The position numbers and the translations under genes are program-made. This document shows, one piece after another, positions 1-6,437 of a DNA stretch of 64,000 nt. This stretch comes from Pseudomonadota bacterium (GTDB taxonomy: Bacteria; Pseudomonadota; Gammaproteobacteria; Burkholderiales; Burkholderiaceae_C). The notes under the pieces are model-generated. The model ran no database searches and was not told the origin of the DNA. It was given only the letters and a program-made list of their open reading frames with translations. Position 1 is the first letter of the stretch, and each line of letters starts with the position of its first letter. The stretch lies in NCBI GenBank assembly GCA_041192045.1, contig JBEENR010000007.1:17277-81276 (forward strand). Direction: 5' to 3'.

Positions 1-207
1 CTTGGCTGGACTAGATATGGTATTTTCTGGAGGTGCTACATTCGACTTTGGGGCAGTACATATGCCAGTCTCACAGATACGATCTGCTTTGCAATCCGTA
101 TCCTTCATGCATTGAGCGGTCGTCGTAATCATAACTTCCTGATCGGACTTTTTGTTGCAGCCACTAATCATAGCTAGAGAAATCAAAAATAAAAAGTTTA
201 GTCTCAT
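1..207 (-). CDS. putative Cys-rich lipoprotein, N-terminal part only (gene continues past the left window edge)
   Basis: Manual minus-strand translation from ATG (205-207): MRLNFLFLISLAMISGC-NKKSDQEVMITTTAQCMKDTDCKADRICETGICTAPKSNVAPPENTISSPAK. It has a basic n-region, a hydrophobic core and the lipobox I-S-G-C, followed by a C-x5-C-x5-C-x4-C spacing. It is absent from the ORF track because no stop lies inside the window. Low-GC DNA. Confidence 0.55.
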   Translation of the reverse strand, partial: MRLNFLFLISLAMISGCNKKSDQEVMITTTAQCMKDTDCKADRICETGICTAPKSNVAPPENTISSPAK

Positions 208-287
208 AATAGATTTACTTTGAAGTTAAACGTCTCGACGTGGAATATGGCTTTAGGTTTTGATGTGTGTATTAATTGTTAATCAGT

Positions 288-647
288 TTAAGATTTTTTT
301 GATTCGGATTTCTCATAGTTCACACTGATGGCACCATCTATTTTATGTTTTTTCACTTCGTAATCAGGGTTCAGTGTTGCTAAATTGTGCGCTGCTATTC
401 CTATAGCACTTGCAATCCCAGCGGCAGCTGTTAATCCGCCAAGAAAACTTGCACCGGTAGCAGCAATTCTGCCTGCTGTATAGATGCGACAGCTTAGACC
501 TTGTGATTCAATTTCTTTCTCGATGATGCTTACAGCATCACTCATGCTGCCTGAGACACCATCAACCCGAAAGCTGATTCGTTGATGAACATTCCTACGT
601 ACATCCTCTTGAAGAGATTTTAGGTTGGTGAAGTTAATGATATGCAT
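288..647 (-). CDS. hypothetical 119-aa protein with a central Gly/Ala-zipper hydrophobic segment
   Basis: Track ORF with an ATG start in low-GC DNA. Segment AATGASFLGGLTAAAGIASAIGIAAHNLA is flanked by charged regions. I recognise no family. Confidence 0.5.
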   Translation of the reverse strand: MHIINFTNLKSLQEDVRRNVHQRISFRVDGVSGSMSDAVSIIEKEIESQGLSCRIYTAGRIAATGASFLGGLTAAAGIASAIGIAAHNLATLNPDYEVKKHKIDGAISVNYEKSESKKS

Positions 648-685
648 ATCAAATCCAATATTTAAAATTCGAAGACACTAAAAAA

Positions 686-880
686 TTAACAGTTTCTTTC
701 GTCAGCCTCAGCCAACTTCTTGAAGAACTCGTTTTCCTTCCTCAAGTTGTAGTAGTGCAGGCAAAAATCGTAGCATTTCTTGCTTGTGTAAACAAAGCCA
801 ATCAGCGCCAGTGTGTTCTTGATCATGATTTTCGATGGATGTAGATGGTTGAAAGTTTTTCGTAAGAGTGGCGTGTTCAA
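686..880 (-). CDS. doubtful small ORF (64 aa from TTG, or 46 aa from internal ATG at 826)
   Basis: Track ORF. The start codon at 878-880 is TTG, there is no convincing SD, and the composition is Lys/Tyr/Cys-rich. It is listed only because it fills the gap between two same-strand genes. Confidence 0.2.
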   Translation of the reverse strand: MNTPLLRKTFNHLHPSKIMIKNTLALIGFVYTSKKCYDFCLHYYNLRKENEFFKKLAEADERNC

Positions 881-904
881 AATTTTGTTTGCTTGCTCTC
901 CTTT

Positions 905-1810
905 TTACTCATCCATTAAATACCCCCGCAACTGATTCTCCAGCTGCGTCTGCAAACCCGTCGGGCTGATGATGCGGATGCATGGAATCCATTGACGCAC
1001 AACGGGCAAAATTTGGTCGGGGTGGGCAATCAGGCCCGAAATGATGAGACCGCCGTCTTCCAGTTCTTTGATGATTTTTTGGCCGCCAATGAGTTTGCGG
1101 CGTTGAAAATAACCCGCTGCGGGTTCGGTGACTTTCAGCACCACTTCGGTTTTTTTCTGGTTCAGCCACACGCTGTCCTCTGCGGCCAGCAGGGCGTGTA
1201 GGGCGGGGTCTGGTGTGAAGGTGTCTGAGCTGACCAACAGCCGGTCTATTTTGCTAAAGGCATACGATTTGATTTGTCCACGGTCGGTGGCGGCCAAATA
1301 CCAAACGCCTTCTTGGTGTACCAGTTTGTAGGGTTGTGCGGCTTCTACCCTTTTGGTGCCTTCGGGCTTGGTGTAATCAAAGCTGATGCAGTGGTTTTGC
1401 CGAATGGCTTGCTTCAGTTGGTTGAAGGCCAGTTCTTTGCCGTCCATGTCTTCGTAATGGGGGCCGCGAATGAGCAGGGCGCTTTGCAAGCTGGCATCCA
1501 GAATGTCTTTCAAAAAGTCGGTGCTCAGGCGGGGGTAGAGGCCCTGCAAGCCTGCCAGCCCCGCAAAGCGCTGCACGTCTTTCAAGCTCAGCATGCCCAG
1601 GCGCATGCGGTTGACGCTGTACAGGCCCTCTTTTTTCTCCAGCTCCAGAAAGGCGAAGCGTTCGTTCAGGTCGCGCTGAATGGTGCGCAGGGTGACACCA
1701 AAGTGCTGCGCCAAGGCGTGGGGGTCGAGCCTTTCGCCTTCGTTGAGGCGACGCAAAATTTCAGTGAGCCGAAAGGCGATGGTTTCGCTGGGGTCTGTGG
1801 CTGGGGGCAT
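905..1810 (-). CDS. HTH-WYL domain transcriptional regulator (YafY/BrxR/CapW-like architecture)
   Basis: Frame of track ORF 905..2074 trimmed to the internal ATG at 1808-1810. N-terminal HTH FRLTEILRRLNEGERLDPHALAQHFGVTLRTIQRDLNE, central WYL-type strand QEGVWYLAATDRGQIKSYAFSKIDRL, and a C-terminal extension. Confidence 0.8.
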   Translation of the reverse strand: MPPATDPSETIAFRLTEILRRLNEGERLDPHALAQHFGVTLRTIQRDLNERFAFLELEKKEGLYSVNRMRLGMLSLKDVQRFAGLAGLQGLYPRLSTDFLKDILDASLQSALLIRGPHYEDMDGKELAFNQLKQAIRQNHCISFDYTKPEGTKRVEAAQPYKLVHQEGVWYLAATDRGQIKSYAFSKIDRLLVSSDTFTPDPALHALLAAEDSVWLNQKKTEVVLKVTEPAAGYFQRRKLIGGQKIIKELEDGGLIISGLIAHPDQILPVVRQWIPCIRIISPTGLQTQLENQLRGYLMDE

Positions 1811-2070
1811 GGCGCAGGTTGGTGTGACAGCAAGTGCGGGCGCGGTTGTTATCGTAAATGCGAAGACGGACAAACCATGTCGTTTTGCCCTTGTTTGGGC
1901 AGGTAAACAGCCTTTTTTTGGGCTTTTTAGCAAAACTTGACCTGCACGGAGCTTCACCCCTTCGCCAACCGCGCATGGTTGCCCTGCATGGCTTGCTGAA
2001 CCGTGCGCCGGGTGGTTGCGGACAAGGGCATATCTTTGGCCAAAGCCTTGGTAAACCACCGTCAGGTGTT

Positions 2071-2412
2071 TCATGCAGCGCCCCCCAAAGGTTTCACGCG
2101 GCGCGGCGACGAGGCCCGCTGGCGTGGCCGGGCTTGGGCCAGTGCCTGCTGGCGCATGGCTTCAATAGACCGGGTTTGCGTGACCAGCACCTGCTGCAAA
2201 TCGCCCAAGGCATTCAGCACTTCGAGCACACGCACAAAGGTGTCCAGCGTGCAGCGGCCTGTTTGCTCCAGGTTGCGCACCGTTTTCTCGGAAACCCCCA
2301 CCCGCGCCGCCAGTTCGTGGGTAGGCAGGTTCAAGGCCAGCCGCCGTGCCCGCACACGCTGGCCCAGTTCGTTGCACACCTCGTGCGGCAGGGCGATGGA
2401 AAAATCAGGCAT
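2071..2412 (-). CDS. XRE-family HTH regulator, HipB-like
   Basis: 113 aa. HTH LGQRVRARRLALNLPTHELAARVGVSEKTVRNLEQTG, then TLDTFVRVLEVLNALGDL, a tail typical of HipB/y4mF-type antitoxins. Its stop overlaps the next ATG (ATGA at 2071-2074). Confidence 0.75.
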   Translation of the reverse strand: MPDFSIALPHEVCNELGQRVRARRLALNLPTHELAARVGVSEKTVRNLEQTGRCTLDTFVRVLEVLNALGDLQQVLVTQTRSIEAMRQQALAQARPRQRASSPRRVKPLGGAA

Positions 2413-2417
2413 ATTTT

Positions 2418-2452
2418 TACCGTTTAATGGGTGAAAACGGATTTAGTCGGTA
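2418..2452. promoter_or_regulatory. nested inverted repeats just upstream of the XRE gene (possible operator)
   Basis: TACCG (2418-2422) pairs with CGGTA (2448-2452), and CCGTTT (2420-2425) pairs with AAACGG (2435-2440). They start 6 nt upstream of the XRE ATG. Confidence 0.3.
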
Positions 2453-2539
2453 GAAAAATGCCTGTTATTTTAGGTGGGCTAAGGCCGTTTGTGTGGTGCG
2501 GTGAATAGCGGTCACAGTCAACATGCACAATCGCACCCC

Positions 2540-3343
2540 ATGCTGATCCATCCTGATATTCACCCCGTTGCCCTCCAGTTGGGGCCGCTGGCCATTCACT
2601 GGTATGGCCTGACCTACTTGGTCGCTTTTGGTTTGTTCATGCTGCTGGCCCTGAAGCGGCTGCGCCATGAGCCTTTTGCCTCGGTGCGTGAGCCCAGCCC
2701 TTGGGCATCGCGCGATGTGGAGGACATTTTGTTCTTGGGGGTGGCTGGTGTGGTGGCGGGTGGGCGGGTGGGTTACTGCCTGTTTTACAAGCCTGCTTAT
2801 TACTTGTCGCACCCGCTGGAGATTTTTGCGGTCTGGCAGGGGGGCATGAGTTTTCATGGCGGCATGCTGGGTGTCATGGCGGCCATGGTTTGGTATGCGC
2901 ACAGCCGCCAGCGGCCGTTTTTGCAGGTGATGGATTTTGTTGCACCCTGCGTGCCCACTGGGCTGGCAGCGGGCCGGGTGGGGAATTTCATCAATGGCGA
3001 GCTGTGGGGGCGGGTGGCTGATCCGTCGTTGCCCTGGGCCATGGTGTTCCGGGGCGCGGGTGATGTGCCCCGGCATCCGTCGCAGGTGTATCAATTCTTT
3101 TTAGAGGGCTTGCTGCTGTTTGTGCTGCTGTGGCTGTATGCCCGCAAGCCCCGCGCACGCGGTCAGGTGGCGGCGGTGTTTTTGTTCGGCTATGGGGTGT
3201 TTCGCTTCACGGCAGAGTATTTCCGCGAGCCCGATGCCCATTTGGGCCTGCTGGCGCTGGGCATGAGCATGGGGCAGTGGCTGTGCGTGCCCATGATTCT
3301 GGGTGGGGTGGGTTTGTGGTGGTGGTTTGGGCGGCGTGCTTGA
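2540..3343 (+). CDS. lgt: prolipoprotein diacylglyceryl transferase
   Basis: Track ORF 2489..3343 trimmed to ATG 2540. [31 protein letters not shown] and the later [20 protein letters not shown] and HPSQVYQ motifs are typical of Lgt. Confidence 0.92.
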   Translation: MLIHPDIHPVALQLGPLAIHWYGLTYLVAFGLFMLLALKRLRHEPFASVREPSPWASRDVEDILFLGVAGVVAGGRVGYCLFYKPAYYLSHPLEIFAVWQGGMSFHGGMLGVMAAMVWYAHSRQRPFLQVMDFVAPCVPTGLAAGRVGNFINGELWGRVADPSLPWAMVFRGAGDVPRHPSQVYQFFLEGLLLFVLLWLYARKPRARGQVAAVFLFGYGVFRFTAEYFREPDAHLGLLALGMSMGQWLCVPMILGGVGLWWWFGRRA

Positions 3344-3365
3344 GGCAGGCTGACCGGTGTATTGA

Positions 3366-4148
3366 ATGCGTGAGGCAGTGATGAGTGGTGCGGTTTTGTT
3401 GCAGCTTGAGGGGCCGCTGGCCCGTGTGGTGCTGAGCCATCCAGGGCGTTTCAATGCCATGAGCCGGGCCATGTGGCGCGAGCTGCGGGCGGTGTTTTTG
3501 TCGTTGCCGCAACAACTTGGCGTGCGCGCCGTGTTGGTCAGTGGGCAGGACGGGCATTTTTGTGCAGGTGGCGACATCAGCGAATACCCCGCTTTTCGGT
3601 TTGACGAGGCGGGCTTGCGCGACTTTCATGAAAACGATGTTTGGGGCGGCCTGAGTGCCATGCTGGCCTGCGACTTGCCCGTGTTTGCCCAGATTGAAGG
3701 CAACTGCATGGGCGCGGGCGTAGAAATTGCCAGCTGCTGCGACATCCGGCTGGCGGCTGAGGGTGCCCGTTTTGGTGCGCCCATTGCCCGCCTGGGTTTC
3801 CCCATGGCCCCGCGTGAGGCTCAGCTGGTGGCGCGTGAACTGGGGCTGGCCACCGCCCGCGAGATGCTGTTAGAAGCCGCCGTGTTTTCTGCCCGCGACA
3901 TGCAAGCCCGTGGCTTTGTGCAGGCTGTGTGGCCCGACGCTGAACTGGCCGCGCAGTGCCAGCAGCGCGCCCAAGCCGCTGCCCAGCTGGCCCCAGAGGC
4001 CGCCCGGCTGAACAAGCAAACCCTGCGCGCCCTGACGGCTGCACCACTGCCCAGCGCACTGCTAGAACAAGCCTATGCCTACGCCAGCCATGCCGAGCAC
4101 CGCGAGGGCGTGAGCGCTTTCATGGACAAGCGAAAACCCCGCTTTTGA
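3366..4148 (+). CDS. enoyl-CoA hydratase/isomerase (crotonase-fold) family protein
   Basis: 260 aa with a crotonase signature around GQDGHFCAGGDISEY and GNCMGAGVEIASCCDIRLA. An alternative start is ATG 3381. Confidence 0.85.
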   Translation: MREAVMSGAVLLQLEGPLARVVLSHPGRFNAMSRAMWRELRAVFLSLPQQLGVRAVLVSGQDGHFCAGGDISEYPAFRFDEAGLRDFHENDVWGGLSAMLACDLPVFAQIEGNCMGAGVEIASCCDIRLAAEGARFGAPIARLGFPMAPREAQLVARELGLATAREMLLEAAVFSARDMQARGFVQAVWPDAELAAQCQQRAQAAAQLAPEAARLNKQTLRALTAAPLPSALLEQAYAYASHAEHREGVSAFMDKRKPRF

Positions 4149-4211
4149 AGCCTCTAGGGCTTGGCCGTTCTTCCTGGTGGTTCTTTCTGATCGTTCTTTT
4201 TTTGCCTACCC

Positions 4212-5771
4212 ATGAGTCAGCACAACCTGTACGCCGCCTTGCGCGCTGCTTTCCCTGAAGACCTTGACCGCCTGGCGGTGGAAACCGTGGAGCCTGACGG
4301 CAGTGGCCTGCGCTACAGCTGGCGCGACTTGGACAGCCTCAGCGCCCGCATAGCCAATCTGCTGGCTGCTTTGGCGCTGCCTGCGGGCTCAAGGGTGGTG
4401 GCGCAAGTTGAAAAATCGGTCGAGGCCATGGCCCTGTACTTGGCGACTTTGCGGGCGGGCTGTGTGTTTGTGCCGCTCAACACCGCCTACCAGAGCGCCG
4501 AAATGGCCTACTTCATTGCCAATGCCGAACCGGCGGTGGTGGTGTGCAGCCCCAAAAACTTTGGCTGGGTGTCCAAAATCGCCTTCAACGCGGGCACGGC
4601 TTATGTATTCACCTTGGACGACCAGCGCCAGGGCAGTCTGCTGGAGCGTGCCGCTGCGCACAGCGACTTGCATATCTGCGCCCAAAGCCGGGCGGACGAC
4701 TTGGCCGTCATCATCTACACCAGCGGCACCACAGGCCGCAGCAAGGGGGCGATGCTGAGCCACGGCAACATGCTGAGCAATGCCCAGGTGCTGCAAGGCT
4801 ACTGGGACTGGCAGGCTGATGATGTGCTCATCCATGCCCTGCCGATTTTTCATGTGCATGGCCTGTTTGTGGCCATTCATGGCGCACTCATCAACGGCAG
4901 TGCCATGCTGTGGCTGAACAAATTTGATGCCCGCACCAGCATCAGCCTGTTCCCACGGGCCACCGTGTTCATGGGCGTGCCCACGCTGTATGTGCGCATG
5001 CTGGCCGAGCCGGGGTTGACGGTGCAGCAAGCAGCCCACATGCGGCTGTTCATCTCGGGCTCGGCCCCGCTGCTGCTGGAAACCTTTAACGACTGGCAGA
5101 CCCGCACCGGCCACACCATCTTGGAGCGCTACGGCATGAGCGAGACGGTGATGCTGACATCCAACCCCTGCACCGCCGACCAGCGCTTTAACCAACAGAC
5201 CGAGCGCCGGGGCGGCACGGTGGGTTTTCCGCTGCCGGGTGTAGGTTTGCGGGTGGTGGACGATGCCGGGGCCGTGCTGCCGGTGGGCGGGGTGGGCAAC
5301 ATCCAGGTGCGTGGCCCCAGCGTGTTCCAAGGTTATTGGCGCATGCCCGAAAAAACCGCCGAAGAATTCACCGCTGACGGGTTTTTCAAGACGGGCGACG
5401 TGGGCCGGGTGGACGAACGCGGCTATGTGAGCATCGTGGGCCGCAGCAAAGACCTGATTATTTCGGGTGGCTACAACGTGTACCCGGCAGAGGTCGAAGG
5501 CTTCATCAACGAACTGCCCGGCGTGGCTGAGAGCGCGGTGGTGGGTGTGCCGCACCCCGACTTTGGCGAGGTGGGCGTGGCTTTGCTGATTGCCAAGCCC
5601 GGCGCGGTGCTGGATACCGATGCGGTGCTGACCACCCTGAAAACCCGGCTGGCCCATTTCAAGGTGCCCAAGCGCTGCTGGGTGGTGGACGAGCTGCCGC
5701 GCAATGCCATGGGCAAGGTGCAGAAAAACCTGCTGCGCGAGGCGCACAAGGCCACCTTTGCGGTGGCCTGA
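4212..5771 (+). CDS. matB: malonyl-CoA synthetase (AMP-forming acyl-CoA synthetase)
   Basis: 519 aa. IIYTSGTTGRSKGAMLSHGNMLSNA, IHALPIFHVHGLFVA, GYWRMPEKTAEEFTADGFFKTGD and GKVQKNLLR closely match rhizobial MatB as I recall it. Confidence 0.88.
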   Translation: MSQHNLYAALRAAFPEDLDRLAVETVEPDGSGLRYSWRDLDSLSARIANLLAALALPAGSRVVAQVEKSVEAMALYLATLRAGCVFVPLNTAYQSAEMAYFIANAEPAVVVCSPKNFGWVSKIAFNAGTAYVFTLDDQRQGSLLERAAAHSDLHICAQSRADDLAVIIYTSGTTGRSKGAMLSHGNMLSNAQVLQGYWDWQADDVLIHALPIFHVHGLFVAIHGALINGSAMLWLNKFDARTSISLFPRATVFMGVPTLYVRMLAEPGLTVQQAAHMRLFISGSAPLLLETFNDWQTRTGHTILERYGMSETVMLTSNPCTADQRFNQQTERRGGTVGFPLPGVGLRVVDDAGAVLPVGGVGNIQVRGPSVFQGYWRMPEKTAEEFTADGFFKTGDVGRVDERGYVSIVGRSKDLIISGGYNVYPAEVEGFINELPGVAESAVVGVPHPDFGEVGVALLIAKPGAVLDTDAVLTTLKTRLAHFKVPKRCWVVDELPRNAMGKVQKNLLREAHKATFAVA

Positions 5772-5805
5772 GGTCTGGTCAAGCTGGGGTGCAGACCAGG
5801 GCCGT

Positions 5806-6249
5806 TCAGCGCAGCACCAGCACCGGAATGTGCGAATGCGTGAGCACTTGCTGGGTTTCGCTGCCCAGCAGCAGGCGCTGAATGCCCCGGCGGCCATGCG
5901 ATGCCATGACGATCAGGTCACAGTGGTGGCGCTTGGCGGTGTCGATGATGGCTTCGGCAATCAGATCCGACTTGACCGTGACCGGCTTCACCTTGACCTG
6001 ACGTAGCTGGCCCGCTGACTGCACGACCAACACCCTGTCCATGGCCTCTTTTTGCCACTGGGCTTCAATGCGTTCGACTTCCGCTTCAACCAAAGCAACG
6101 CCACCTTCAAAATAGGTTTGCGGGTACTGCGGGACGGCGGTCATGGCCACCACTTCGGCACCCGTGAGGTCTGCCAAGTTGAGGGCATGATCCACGGCTT
6201 GCTGAGAAAGGCTCGATCCGTCCGTAGCCACCAAAATGCATTTGTACAT
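5806..6249 (-). CDS. universal stress protein (UspA family)
   Basis: Track ORF 5806..6339 trimmed to ATG 6247-6249, which has an AAGGAT SD. MYKCILVATDGS and VMASHGRRGIQRLLLGSETQQVLTHSHIPVLVLR. Confidence 0.85.
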   Translation of the reverse strand: MYKCILVATDGSSLSQQAVDHALNLADLTGAEVVAMTAVPQYPQTYFEGGVALVEAEVERIEAQWQKEAMDRVLVVQSAGQLRQVKVKPVTVKSDLIAEAIIDTAKRHHCDLIVMASHGRRGIQRLLLGSETQQVLTHSHIPVLVLR

Positions 6250-6389
6250 AGAACCCATCCTTGAAATGAAAGTCTGTCCAACAAGACAGTAAAGCGTGTC
6301 GCAACGGAGGCTGTCACCAACATGGCAACACAGCGACAAACCACAGCGACGACACCGAGTCTAGGCTACCAAACCACGCACCAGCCCGG

Positions 6390-6403
6390 TTGACATAAAT
6401 CAA
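6390..6403. promoter_or_regulatory. FNR/FixK box TTGAC-ATAA-ATCAA between usp and ccoI
   Basis: 9 of 10 matches to the TTGAT-N4-ATCAA consensus, located in the divergent usp/ccoI intergenic region. Confidence 0.7.
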
Positions 6404-6437
6404 GCTTATGAAACCTCAATCCCGTTACCCTCGGCCC

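Noticed and set aside
1811-2074. Treating 905-2074 as one 389-aa WYL-regulator gene
   Set aside because: The first 88 codons are low-complexity and precede the HTH, which normally lies at the extreme N-terminus of YafY/BrxR-type proteins. The internal ATG at 1810 fits. The upstream part is reported separately as a possible hipA remnant.
4389-5897. 502-aa ORF antisense to matB. Similar long antisense or out-of-frame ORFs occur at 6366-7742, 9718-10752, 15485-16354, 31889-33133, 38142-39197, 57196-58167 and 58549-59862.
   Set aside because: All overlap confidently identified genes and show the low-complexity Arg/Gly/His/Ala-rich composition expected of non-coding frames in GC-rich DNA.
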